Assembly: GCA_013824715.1 (NCBI GenBank)
Contig: PNOH01000019.1
Coordinates: 17,209-81,208, forward strand
DNA from: Odoribacter sp.
Lineage (GTDB): Bacteria > Bacteroidota > Bacteroidia > Bacteroidales > Prolixibacteraceae
Direction of reading: 5' to 3'
DNA: 64,000 nt
Both the position numbers and the translations under genes were made by a program. The notes under the pieces were generated by a model, which did no database searches, was not told where the DNA came from, and saw only the letters and a program-made list of their open reading frames with translations. Positions 46,313 to 55,802 of this stretch are shown here, in pieces; positions within the stretch are counted from its first letter, which is position 1, and each line of letters starts with the position of its first letter.

Positions 46313-47557
46313 ATGAAGTACATTGTTCAACTAACCATTTTTTTTGTCCTTTTTCTTGCCAATCCTTGTCCTGTTTTTTCTCAGGAAGAAATCAGAACCA
46401 GTATTCCCAAATTTTTCATTGATTGCGAAGACTGCGATTTTACGTTTGTCAGGCAGGAATTACCTTTTATTTCTTTTGTTCGTGATCCGAAACTGGCCGA
46501 TGTTCATCTTTTGGTTTCTAATTCGCATACCGGAAGTGGTGGTACCAAGTACTTCCTGAATTTTATCGGGCTCGAAAAATTCATTGGACAGGATTACCAA
46601 TTCGAATTTATTGCCAATCAATCAGATACTGAAGACGACATCCGGAAAGGATTATTAAACTTTATAAAAGCAGGAATTCTTCCGTATTACTCGAAAACCG
46701 GCTTCCTGAATGATCTTGAAATTGACATCAAAGAAAAATCGGAAAAATCTGCTACCCAATTGCTGGATGATCCGTGGAAAAAATGGGTCTTTCAGATTGA
46801 GTCGGGAGGCGAATTTCAGAAGGAAGAAAGTCAGAATGAATACTCGCTTCGAACAGAAATCAGAAGCGATAAAATTACAGACGCCTGGAAAACAAGAATG
46901 GAAGCCAGTTACGAGATCCAACGTGAAAATTTTTTTGACGGTGGCGAACGGATTACCAACAAACAGGATGAGAAACAAATTCAGGCCAATTTCATTAAAA
47001 GTTTAAGTTCAAGATGGTCGTTGGGAACATTTGCCGAATATTCCTCCAATACTTACCTGAACATTTCAAATTCTTTTAGTTTTGATGCCGCTGTCGAATA
47101 CAATTTCTACCCCTGGGCCGAAAGTAACAGGCGGGTTCTGTCGTTGGCCTATGCCGCCGGACTTCAATCGTTCAACTACAAGGAAGAAACTATCTACAGT
47201 AAATTGGATGAATCCCTGGCTTTTGAAGCAGCCAGAATTAGGCTCGAACTCGTACAACCCTGGGGAACCGTTGAAACAAGCCTGGAAGGACGTCATTTCT
47301 TTAACGATTTATCGAAATACCGCTTAACCCTTGATTCTGAGTTTTCAGTTCGCCTCACTAAACAACTTTCAGTTTACAGCGAAATACAATCTGAAATAAT
47401 TCACGATCAGTTGTACCTGCCCAAAGGTGATTCGTCGGTTGAAGATTTATTGCTCAAAAGGCGCAAACTGGCAACCACCTACGAAATCAGTGGCGAAATG
47501 GGTATCCGTTTTACTTTCGGATCGGCTTTTAACAATGTGGTTAACGAACGTTTTTGA
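46313..47557 (+). CDS. Outer-membrane beta-barrel protein, uncharacterised (DUF481-like)
   Basis: Signal peptide. C-terminal half has alternating beta pattern. Ends ...NNVVNERF. Confidence 0.5.
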   Translation: MKYIVQLTIFFVLFLANPCPVFSQEEIRTSIPKFFIDCEDCDFTFVRQELPFISFVRDPKLADVHLLVSNSHTGSGGTKYFLNFIGLEKFIGQDYQFEFIANQSDTEDDIRKGLLNFIKAGILPYYSKTGFLNDLEIDIKEKSEKSATQLLDDPWKKWVFQIESGGEFQKEESQNEYSLRTEIRSDKITDAWKTRMEASYEIQRENFFDGGERITNKQDEKQIQANFIKSLSSRWSLGTFAEYSSNTYLNISNSFSFDAAVEYNFYPWAESNRRVLSLAYAAGLQSFNYKEETIYSKLDESLAFEAARIRLELVQPWGTVETSLEGRHFFNDLSKYRLTLDSEFSVRLTKQLSVYSEIQSEIIHDQLYLPKGDSSVEDLLLKRRKLATTYEISGEMGIRFTFGSAFNNVVNERF

Positions 47558-47627
47558 TTTTGGATCAAAGTCAGTTTTCATTCATAGTTTTCAGCATTCA
47601 GTAAAAAATTATCTGATTGGAATTCTT

Positions 47628-47635
47628 TATATTTG
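47628..47635 (+). promoter_or_regulatory. -7 promoter box TATATTTG for the antitoxin-toxin pair
   Basis: Matches TAnnTTTG, 16 nt upstream of the ATG at 47651. Confidence 0.4.
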
Positions 47636-47650
47636 TAAAAAACAAAAGCA

Positions 47651-47869
47651 ATGAGAGCGATCGAATTTAAATCAAAACTAAGCCATAATCGGATTATCAT
47701 TCCGAAAAGGCTACATGAAAAGCTCAAAATATTAGATGAGAAAAATATTCGGGTAATGATTTTACCTGATGAAATGGAAATTGACGATGATGTTGTTTTA
47801 ACCCAAATAACAATCGAACAATTCCTTAATGGATATGCCGATTCCGATTCAATTTACGATAACTACTAA
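47651..47869 (+). CDS. Putative antitoxin (72 aa) of the MazF/PemK-type pair
   Basis: Small acidic-tailed ORF ending 2 nt before the toxin ATG. No strong motif recognised. Confidence 0.5.
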   Translation: MRAIEFKSKLSHNRIIIPKRLHEKLKILDEKNIRVMILPDEMEIDDDVVLTQITIEQFLNGYADSDSIYDNY

Positions 47870-47871
47870 AT

Positions 47872-48195
47872 ATGGATCAATTGAAATTTGGGCAAGTCGT
47901 ATTATTGCGATTCCCATTTACTGATGGAATATCTTTTAAAAGAAGACCTGCGTTAATTATTCATGAAAGTGATGACGGAGATGTGATTGTTTGTAGAATC
48001 ACAAGTAAAATTTATCAATCTGATTTTGATATTGAAATCAACAATTTGGAAAAATCCGGATTAAAACTTCCTTCTGTAATTTGGGTTCATAAAATTGCTA
48101 CTCTCGAAAAAAAATTAGTCGAATTAAAGATTGGACAAATTGGAGCCGGACTCAAGGGAAGAGTCCGGAACGCTATTAAATCTCTGGCAGATTAA
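47872..48195 (+). CDS. PemK/MazF-family toxin (endoribonuclease fold)
   Basis: FGQVVLLRFPFTDG...KRRPALII...VIVCRITS... and ...PSVIWVHKIATLEK pattern, typical of MazF/PemK. Confidence 0.7.
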   Translation: MDQLKFGQVVLLRFPFTDGISFKRRPALIIHESDDGDVIVCRITSKIYQSDFDIEINNLEKSGLKLPSVIWVHKIATLEKKLVELKIGQIGAGLKGRVRNAIKSLAD

Positions 48196-48244
48196 GTTTT
48201 CCCGTTTTGCATCATTAAATTTTGCACCAAAACCTCTCTTCCTC

Positions 48245-48322
48245 ATGCAATACCAATCCAACCCCCAACTCGAACTTGCTTTTAATTTTCTGCAATATAT
48301 TTTTCAGACCGTAAAAGCCTAA
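48245..48322 (+). pseudogene. Diverged 5' remnant (25 codons) of a PIF1-like helicase gene paralogous or allelic to 49261..51720
   Basis: The first 32 nt are identical to 49261-49292. Codons 11-18 differ only at synonymous third positions. A 12-nt gap follows, then IF(Q)T(V)KA and TAA where the intact gene has Walker A GKAGTGKT. Confidence 0.85.
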
Positions 48323-48403
48323 TAACAAACTATAGCGAGTAATTTTTATGTCTAAAATTCTTTATATTTATTAAGAAGCAAAACCAATCCTAAAGAAATT
48401 GCC

Positions 48404-49243
48404 ATGAAAAAGGAACTAATTCAAGAGCTACTTCTAAGATTTGAGAATGCCTGTTATGATTTTAATGGAGTTGAATGTTGGAGTGCCAGGGAATTGCAGG
48501 AAGTATTTGGATATTCTCAATGGCGCAATTTTCTGAATGCCATTGAAAAAGCCAAAAAATCTTGTGAAAATGCAGGAGAGAATATTGCAGAACGTTTTGC
48601 TGACGTCAGCAAAACGATCCCAATGCCTAAAGGCGCTGAAAAACACATAGATGACATTGCCCTTAGTCGTTATGCTTGCTATTTAATCGCACAAAATGGC
48701 GATCCGTCGAAACCTGAGATTGCATTTGCCCAAAACTATTTTGCAGTACAAACGCGCAGGGCAGAAATCATTGAGCAAAGGCTCTTGGAATTTGAACGGG
48801 TAAAAGCCCGGGAAAAACTGAGCCAAACGGAGAAACAACTTTCAGGAATTTTATTCGAACGTGGCGTTGACAATCAGGGATTTGCAATCATCCGATCAAA
48901 AGGAGATCAAGCCTTGTTTCGATTATCTACTCAACAGTTAAAAAAGAAAATGGGCGTGCCTGATAACAGACCGGTTGCCGATTTTCTTCCAACAATCAGC
49001 ATAAAAGCCAAAGATCTTGCAGCTGAAATGACCGGACTAAATGTTCAAACAAAAGACTTAAAAGGACAACCTCCAATTGAAAAGGAACATGTGGAAAATA
49101 GTTCGGCGGTCAGAAAGATGCTCGTTGAAAGAGGTATTCATCCCGAAAATTTACCGCCATCAGAAGATGTGAAAAAGGTTCAACGGAAATTAGAAAGCGA
49201 CAATAAGAAAGTTTTAAACGAAGCCAAAAAGAAAAACAATTAA
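48404..49243 (+). CDS. dinD: DNA-damage-inducible protein D (DinD)-like protein
   Basis: 279 aa. The N-terminal ...[33 protein letters not shown]... and ...[14 protein letters not shown]... resemble E. coli DinD homologues (from memory). Confidence 0.6.
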   Translation: MKKELIQELLLRFENACYDFNGVECWSARELQEVFGYSQWRNFLNAIEKAKKSCENAGENIAERFADVSKTIPMPKGAEKHIDDIALSRYACYLIAQNGDPSKPEIAFAQNYFAVQTRRAEIIEQRLLEFERVKAREKLSQTEKQLSGILFERGVDNQGFAIIRSKGDQALFRLSTQQLKKKMGVPDNRPVADFLPTISIKAKDLAAEMTGLNVQTKDLKGQPPIEKEHVENSSAVRKMLVERGIHPENLPPSEDVKKVQRKLESDNKKVLNEAKKKNN

Positions 49244-49260
49244 TCTCCATCCAATCCGCT

Positions 49261-51720
49261 ATGCAATACCAATCCAACCCCCAACTCGAACTGGCGTTCA
49301 ACTTTCTTCAATACACTAATCAAAATATTTTCCTGACCGGGAAAGCCGGAACGGGCAAAACCACTTTTCTGAAGAACCTGAAAAAACAATCACCCAAACG
49401 GATGGTGGTAGTTGCCCCAACCGGTGTGGCGGCCATCAATGCTGGCGGGGTTACCATTCATTCATTTTTCCAGATTTCATTTGGGCCGCAAATCCCTCAA
49501 AATCCGGATCAACCTCGCCCGGAACCTGTGTTGGCTGCCGGAATCAAACGTTTCAGCCGCGAAAAAATTAACATCATGCGAAGCCTCGATTTGTTGGTGA
49601 TCGACGAAATCTCAATGGTCAGGGCAGATTTACTGGATGAAATTGATTCCGTGCTCCGCCGCTACAAAAACCGCTACAAACCTTTTGGTGGTGTGCAATT
49701 GCTCATGATTGGCGACCTGCAGCAACTGGCGCCGGTGGTGAAGGACGAAGACTGGACTATCCTGAAAGCCTATTACGACACCTGCTTTTTCTTCAGCAGC
49801 CATGCCCTGAAACGCTCTAAATTTATCGGCATCGAACTAAACCATATTTTTCGCCAAAGCGATCAACATTTCATTGACCTGCTCAACAAAGTGCGCGAAA
49901 ACCGGATGGATTCGGCTACCCTTCAGGAATTAAACCAACGATACATTCCGGGTTTCAATCCTGAAGAAAAAGAAGGTTACATCACCCTAACCACGCACAA
50001 TTACCAGTCGCAGCAAATTAACGACTCGAAACTGGGCAAGCTGAAAACCAAATCGTATAAATTTACAGCCGAAGTGCAGGGCGAATTTCCTGAGTATTCG
50101 TACCCCACCGATCCGGAGTTGGAATTAAAAGTTGGCGCACAGGTCATGTTCGTGAAAAATGATTTATCGGCTGAAAAACGTTTCTACAACGGCAAAATCG
50201 GCAAAATCATCAATATCATTGACGATGAAATTGAAGTTCGCTGTCCCGATGACAGCGAATCAATTGATGTAGAAAAAGTGGAATGGCAAAATGCAAAATA
50301 TTCGCTGAACGAAACCACACAGGAAATTCAGGAGGATGTGATCGGCACCTTCACCCAGTTTCCACTCAAACTGGCCTGGGCGATCACGATTCATAAAAGT
50401 CAGGGGCTGACGTTCGAAAAGGCCATCATCGATGCCCGGGCTTCGTTTGCTCATGGTCAGGTTTATGTGGCTTTGAGCCGCTGCAAAACACTTGAAGGAC
50501 TGGTACTGAGCTCGCCCATCGCCGATTTCAGCGTAAAAAACGACACCACTGTTATTCAATTTACCGACGATGTTGAGCGCAATCAGCCCGGACAAGCAGA
50601 ACTGGAGCAATCGCGCAAAGAATACGTGCAGCAATTGCTGGCCGAACTCTTCGATTTTATGCCCATGCAGCGTCAGGTTCATTATTTGCAGAAACTTTGG
50701 GAAGAACATTCAGCACATTTACTCGGTACGCTGAAAGCCCAACTTCAAGGTATGACCCAGCCGCTTCAAACCGAAATGATTGAGGTTGCGGATAAATTCG
50801 GGAATCAAATCAGGCAAATGATTTCAGCAGGAACAAATGCCGAAGAAAACGAGCAACTTCAGGGGCGGGTTAAAAAAGCTTCGGAATATTTCTCCGGAAA
50901 GCTTTTTTCCATTATTGAGCAGCCATTTTCATCGGCTACCTTTGATACCGACAACAAGGCCATTCGCAAAAGCTTTAACGAAGCCGCCGATAAACTACGG
51001 AAAGAAATTCAGACGAAAAAAGTGTGCCTCAATTTATGCAAAAACGGGTTCAACATCAAAACCTACCTCGAAACCAAGTCGAAGTCAGCCATCGAAATTC
51101 CTGAATCAAGCAAAAATGGACAGCCAACAGCCAGTACGTCGTCCTTTACCATGCATCCCGAATTTTACACCAAACTAAAGAAATGGCGCGACGGTAAAGC
51201 AAATATGCTGAATGTTGAAATCAGCCGTATCCTTCCGCAAAAAACATTGCTCGAAATTGTACAAATGCTGCCCGCTTCAAGGGCCGGACTGAAATCGGTA
51301 AAAGGAATGGGAGGTACAAGGCTGCAGCAGTTTGGCAAGGAAATAATTGAACAGGTAATTGCCTACCGTAAAGGAAAAGGCATGGATTTGCCGGTTGGCG
51401 CCGAAAAAGAAGCCGAAAAAGCCGGAATGGACACCAAACAAATCAGCTACGAATTGTTTAAAAATGGGCGGTCAATTTCTGAAATAGCGGTTGAAAGAAA
51501 TTTCGCAGCTTCGACCATCGAAGGACATCTGGCACATTTTGTCGGGCTTGGCGAGCTGGAAATAAGCCGTTTTGTAGAACCCGCGAGGATTAAAACTATT
51601 GTAGCTTACATCGAAAAAAGCCGAACCAAACAGATCAATGAAATACGCTCTGCCATTGGCGAAAACTACAGCTATTCCGAAATCCGGTTTGTGATCAAAT
51701 ATCTGGAGGCAAAGCAATAA
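49261..51720 (+). CDS. SF1B PIF1/RecD-like ATP-dependent DNA helicase with a C-terminal HRDC-like domain and HTH-like tail
   Basis: Walker A GKAGTGKTT, Walker B LVIDEISMV, LMIGDLQQLAPV, and late motifs ITIHKSQGLTF and VALSRC. HRDC-like ...KLKKWRDGKANMLNV..ILPQKTLLEIV... Confidence 0.8.
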   Translation: MQYQSNPQLELAFNFLQYTNQNIFLTGKAGTGKTTFLKNLKKQSPKRMVVVAPTGVAAINAGGVTIHSFFQISFGPQIPQNPDQPRPEPVLAAGIKRFSREKINIMRSLDLLVIDEISMVRADLLDEIDSVLRRYKNRYKPFGGVQLLMIGDLQQLAPVVKDEDWTILKAYYDTCFFFSSHALKRSKFIGIELNHIFRQSDQHFIDLLNKVRENRMDSATLQELNQRYIPGFNPEEKEGYITLTTHNYQSQQINDSKLGKLKTKSYKFTAEVQGEFPEYSYPTDPELELKVGAQVMFVKNDLSAEKRFYNGKIGKIINIIDDEIEVRCPDDSESIDVEKVEWQNAKYSLNETTQEIQEDVIGTFTQFPLKLAWAITIHKSQGLTFEKAIIDARASFAHGQVYVALSRCKTLEGLVLSSPIADFSVKNDTTVIQFTDDVERNQPGQAELEQSRKEYVQQLLAELFDFMPMQRQVHYLQKLWEEHSAHLLGTLKAQLQGMTQPLQTEMIEVADKFGNQIRQMISAGTNAEENEQLQGRVKKASEYFSGKLFSIIEQPFSSATFDTDNKAIRKSFNEAADKLRKEIQTKKVCLNLCKNGFNIKTYLETKSKSAIEIPESSKNGQPTASTSSFTMHPEFYTKLKKWRDGKANMLNVEISRILPQKTLLEIVQMLPASRAGLKSVKGMGGTRLQQFGKEIIEQVIAYRKGKGMDLPVGAEKEAEKAGMDTKQISYELFKNGRSISEIAVERNFAASTIEGHLAHFVGLGELEISRFVEPARIKTIVAYIEKSRTKQINEIRSAIGENYSYSEIRFVIKYLEAKQ

Positions 51721-51817
51721 TTAAAAAATCCATCCTTTTCTCTGATTTTTCGAAAAAGATTCTGAAATTAACCGTCTGATTTTGATTCGAACTAACCAAT
51801 AACTTAACTGAGAGAAT

Positions 51818-53374
51818 ATGGAACTTCAGCAAAAACCATTTTACAACCGTTTATTTATTACCATCCTGCGCGTAGCCATTGGCTGGCACTTTCTGTACGA
51901 AGGAATTTCAAAAATCCTTCAGGGAAACTGGACTGCTTCCGGATTTTTAATGAATACTTCCGGATTTTTCTCAGGATTTTACCACTGGATTGCTGGTTCG
52001 CCTGCTCTTTTGCAGGTATCCGATATTCTGAATATGTACGGATTGTTACTTATTGGACTGGCTCTTTTCATCGGGATTTTCAGCCGGTACGCCGCACTGG
52101 CCGGAGCTTTGCTTCTCACCCTTTACTATTTTGCCTATCCGCCTTTTGGAAATCCAATGATGAATGCTGCGGAAGGACATTTATACATAGTTGACCGCTT
52201 GTTTATTGAAGCAGCAGCACTTTTGTTTCTCTTTTTTTATCGCGAAAAAGGATACAGTATCGACACACTGATCCAACTATCGCAAAGTCGAAAAAAATCA
52301 ATCATTCCTGAATCGGAGAGCAGTTCGTCGCGCCGCGAAGCCCTGAAAAACCTCGCGACTTTGCCGGTTTTGGGAGCAATGGGATGGGGTGCTGTCAGTA
52401 ATTTCAAAACATACGGTGTTGATGTGATGTCAGGGGCAACTATTCAGGTAAAGCAATTGGCGCTGAGCGAACTGAAAGGGGTATTGCCCAGGGGGAAAAT
52501 TGGGAAACATGAAATAAGCCGGTTAATTGCCGGAGGAAACCTGATTGGAGGATGGTCGCATGCCCGTGACCTGATCTATACCGACACGCTTTTCAAGGCA
52601 TATAATACCGAACAAAAAGTTTACGAAACACTGATGCTGGCCGAACAAGCAGGAATCAATACCATTAACATTGGCTTCCCCTCGAACCCACTTCTGGCCA
52701 AATACAAAAAGATGACCGGAAGCAAAATCAAGGTAATCACACAGGTTCATCCTCATCTGGATAATAGCAAACTCTCACAGGTGGGACCAAATACGGATAA
52801 GAAGCTATATTTTGAGTTCATTGACAAAGCCATCGATTTTGGAGTGGACATTATTCAGGTTCAGGGAAACTGGTGCGACTGGCTGGTGCGCGACAATAGG
52901 ATAGAAGTAATTGGTGAAATGATTGCACACATCCGCCAGCAAGGATATACCGCAGGCCTGGGCGCACATTCTGTTGAATCGCTGATTGCCTGTGCCGATC
53001 AGGGAATTATTCCGGATTATTACATGAAAACCATGCACCACGACCAGTACTGGTCGGCCCATCCGCGCGAAAACCGTGTTACGTTCGAAGTTGACGGGAC
53101 AAATTATCTTGATCACAACAAGTTCCACAACAATATTTTCTGCCTCTTCCCTGAACGTACGGTAGAATTTGTGAGTAAATGTAAAGTTCCTGTAATGGGC
53201 TTTAAAGTTCTGGCCGCAGGTGCGATCGAACCAAAGGATGGATTTCAATGGGCCTACGACAACGGCGCCGATTTTATCTGCGTAGGGATGTTCGACTTTC
53301 AGGTTGTAAACAATGTAAACATTGCCATGGATTGTTTAAAAAAGACGAACCGGACACGGGAGTGGTATGGGTAA
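51818..53374 (+). CDS. Fusion protein: DoxX-type 4-TM domain, internal Tat-like signal, then an uncharacterised ~340-aa (TIM-barrel-like?) domain
   Basis: The N-terminus RVAIGWHFLYEGISKI is DoxX-like with 4 hydrophobic helices. At residue ~168, SSSSRREALKNLATLPVLGAMGWGAV looks like a twin-arginine signal. No canonical start codon lies between the two parts. Confidence 0.55.
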   Translation: MELQQKPFYNRLFITILRVAIGWHFLYEGISKILQGNWTASGFLMNTSGFFSGFYHWIAGSPALLQVSDILNMYGLLLIGLALFIGIFSRYAALAGALLLTLYYFAYPPFGNPMMNAAEGHLYIVDRLFIEAAALLFLFFYREKGYSIDTLIQLSQSRKKSIIPESESSSSRREALKNLATLPVLGAMGWGAVSNFKTYGVDVMSGATIQVKQLALSELKGVLPRGKIGKHEISRLIAGGNLIGGWSHARDLIYTDTLFKAYNTEQKVYETLMLAEQAGINTINIGFPSNPLLAKYKKMTGSKIKVITQVHPHLDNSKLSQVGPNTDKKLYFEFIDKAIDFGVDIIQVQGNWCDWLVRDNRIEVIGEMIAHIRQQGYTAGLGAHSVESLIACADQGIIPDYYMKTMHHDQYWSAHPRENRVTFEVDGTNYLDHNKFHNNIFCLFPERTVEFVSKCKVPVMGFKVLAAGAIEPKDGFQWAYDNGADFICVGMFDFQVVNNVNIAMDCLKKTNRTREWYG

Positions 53375-53396
53375 TTTGATTCTCAAAAATTAAAAT

Positions 53397-53439
53397 AATT
53401 GCCGTAAATTTAAAAATATATTTTAAATTTACGGCAATT
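53397..53439 (+). terminator. Long AT-rich perfect hairpin after the 51818..53374 gene
   Basis: AATTGCCGTAAATTT...AAATTTACGGCAATT has 15-bp perfect arms around an A5/T4 palindromic centre. Lies 23 nt after the stop. Confidence 0.6.
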
Positions 53440-53449
53440 ATTGCATAAC

Positions 53450-54616
53450 ATGTATATTAAAAGAACAATAGGACAGAAATTGATGATGCTTTTAGAGCAT
53501 TTTCCTGCTGTGGCCATACTCGGTCCAAGGCAAGCAGGTAAAACAACTTTGGTTAAAGAAATCAGAAAACAATTGAATAAGGAAAGTATTTACCTTGATC
53601 TTGAAAACCCTGCTGATTCGGGTGCTCTTGACCATCCTGTCGAATTTTTAAATGCGCTAACGGATAAAACAGTAATTATTGACGAAATTCAAAGAAGACC
53701 TGAACTTTTCCCAATTCTACGTTCAGTTATTGACAGCAACCGGGTAAATGCGCGGTTTATTTTACTCGGATCAGCAAGTCCTGAATTGTTATTTTTAAGC
53801 AATGAAACCCTTGCCGGACGAATCGTCTATCTTGAGTTGACGCCATTTGAACACACTGAAATACAGCAATTAAGCGATTTCAGAAACCATTGGTTAAAAG
53901 GCGGATTTCCTGACCCGTTTTTAATGGATGATCAGCACATTCGCAAGGAGTGGTTTAAATCTTTTATTTCGGCTTACATTGAGCGTGATTTGCGGTTATT
54001 GGGATTAAGCGCTTCTCCTGCCAACCTGCAACGGTTATTGCAAATGATTTCGGCCACTCAGGGAGGAATGCTTAACAGCAGCAGTTTGAGCAATTCACTT
54101 GGAATATCTTCACCGTCTGTAAGCAATGCCATTTCCTTTTTCGAGCGGTCTTTTATAGTCAGGCTTCTGCAACCGTGGCATTCAAATATCGGCAAAAGAA
54201 CGGTGAAGTCGCCAAAAATTTATATCCGGGATTCCGGAATTGTCAATTACCTCCTGAATATTTCAGATTATGAAAATTTGCTTCGACATCCATTACTTGG
54301 TAACCTATGGGAAGGTTATGTGATTGAAGACATCATCAATACCTTAGGCGACGAATACAATTATTTCTTTTACCGAACGGCAGATGGAACTGAATGCGAT
54401 CTTCTGATTTTCAGGGGCGAAGATTGTTTGGCTGTCATTGATGCCAAATTCACACCAAATCCGCAACGCACCAAATCAATGACAATTACTATTCAGGACT
54501 TAAATCCCAATAAATCATTTTTCGTTGTGCCAGAGTGTCCAAGTCCATACAAAATAACTGACAATCTGATTGTTGCTACGCCATGGCAACTAACTGAAAT
54601 TATACGATCAATTTAA
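53450..54616 (+). CDS. AAA-type ATPase (AAA_14 plus DUF4143 architecture)
   Basis: Walker A GPRQAGKTT, Walker B VIIDEIQ. About 390 aa, typical of this family. ATG at 53450. Confidence 0.75.
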   Translation: MYIKRTIGQKLMMLLEHFPAVAILGPRQAGKTTLVKEIRKQLNKESIYLDLENPADSGALDHPVEFLNALTDKTVIIDEIQRRPELFPILRSVIDSNRVNARFILLGSASPELLFLSNETLAGRIVYLELTPFEHTEIQQLSDFRNHWLKGGFPDPFLMDDQHIRKEWFKSFISAYIERDLRLLGLSASPANLQRLLQMISATQGGMLNSSSLSNSLGISSPSVSNAISFFERSFIVRLLQPWHSNIGKRTVKSPKIYIRDSGIVNYLLNISDYENLLRHPLLGNLWEGYVIEDIINTLGDEYNYFFYRTADGTECDLLIFRGEDCLAVIDAKFTPNPQRTKSMTITIQDLNPNKSFFVVPECPSPYKITDNLIVATPWQLTEIIRSI

Positions 54617-54672
54617 ATCAATCCTAAATCATTTGGTTTATTTCGAATTTAAACTTTTAAAACCTTTTATTT

Positions 54673-55755
54673 ATGAAGAAGCAAAATTTTATTCCGGTTA
54701 TTCTTGGCCTACTTTCCATACTGGTTTATTCATGTCAATCAGGATATTATTCCAAAGCCGATTATTTTAAGGTTCCAAAGATTGATGCCCATGTTCATAT
54801 TTCGACAACCGATGCTTCCATTCAGAACCATTCGCTGGAAGAGAATATCAAACTGATCACCATCAATGTTAACTCTAGCAGGGATGTGAATGAGCAAAGA
54901 GACACGGCCGTCGTCCTGATCAGGAAATTCCCGAAAACCGTTTTTTACCTTGCCACTTTCGAATTCGATACAGCAAAATGGAACGGCGCTGACTGGGAAC
55001 AGCAAACCATTGCAGAGCTCGAAAACAACATTTCGGGTGGCGCAGTCGGTGTGAAATTCTGGAAAAACATTGGCATGACCGAACGCGATCGGGCAGGAAA
55101 TTTCATCATGGTGAGCAATAAGCGGTTCGATCCGGTAATTACGTTCCTTGAGGAGAAGGGGTTGCCCCTGACCGGGCATTTGGGAGAACCCAAAAACTGC
55201 TGGATGCCGGTTGATTCGATGACTGTGAACAATGACAGGAGCTATTTTAAAGATCATCCCGAATACCACATGTTCCTGCATCCCGAATATCCCAGTTATC
55301 AGGACCAGATGGATGCCCGCGACAGTATGCTGACCAAACATCCGAACCTGAAATTTATTGGCTGCCATTTAGGAAGCCTCGAATGGGATGTGGATGTGCT
55401 GGCCAAAACCCTCGACCGGTTTCCGAATATGGCTGTTGATCTGGCAGCTAGAATTTGCCACCTGCAATACCAAAGCGCTAAAAACAAGGGTAAAGTCCGC
55501 GATTTCCTGATTAAATACCAGGACCGGATTTTGTATGGAACCGATATTGGATATTCAGGAAACAGGACTGACAGCAGCTTTTATGCTGGTATCCGGGCAA
55601 CCCGGATCAAAGACTGGAATTACTTTACCGGCGAAATGGAACTTCAATCACGTGATGTAAACTCGCCCTTTACCGGCCTGCATCTTCCAAAACAGGTCGT
55701 GGATAAGATTTTTTACCTGAATGCGGTGAAGTGGTATAAATTGGAAGATTTGTAA
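54673..55755 (+). CDS. Amidohydrolase-family (metal-dependent TIM-barrel hydrolase) lipoprotein
   Basis: Lipobox ...LVYSC. KIDAHVHIS metal motif. ...GHLGEP... and ...YGTDI... motifs. Confidence 0.7.
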   Translation: MKKQNFIPVILGLLSILVYSCQSGYYSKADYFKVPKIDAHVHISTTDASIQNHSLEENIKLITINVNSSRDVNEQRDTAVVLIRKFPKTVFYLATFEFDTAKWNGADWEQQTIAELENNISGGAVGVKFWKNIGMTERDRAGNFIMVSNKRFDPVITFLEEKGLPLTGHLGEPKNCWMPVDSMTVNNDRSYFKDHPEYHMFLHPEYPSYQDQMDARDSMLTKHPNLKFIGCHLGSLEWDVDVLAKTLDRFPNMAVDLAARICHLQYQSAKNKGKVRDFLIKYQDRILYGTDIGYSGNRTDSSFYAGIRATRIKDWNYFTGEMELQSRDVNSPFTGLHLPKQVVDKIFYLNAVKWYKLEDL

Positions 55756-55802
55756 AATACCGCAAGTTCAGGTCTTGACACAAAAACCATATTATAGCTG
55801 TG

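Noticed and set aside
48131-48322. 63-aa ORF from the track
   Set aside because: It is a read-through from the end of the MazF-like gene region into the helicase 5' remnant. The meaningful part is the remnant starting at 48245, which I reported as a pseudogene instead.
53397-53439. The long perfect palindrome as a possible transposon end or replication-related site
   Set aside because: It is a single copy in the window, AT-rich, and positioned exactly where a terminator for the upstream gene is expected. No partner repeat or transposase is present.
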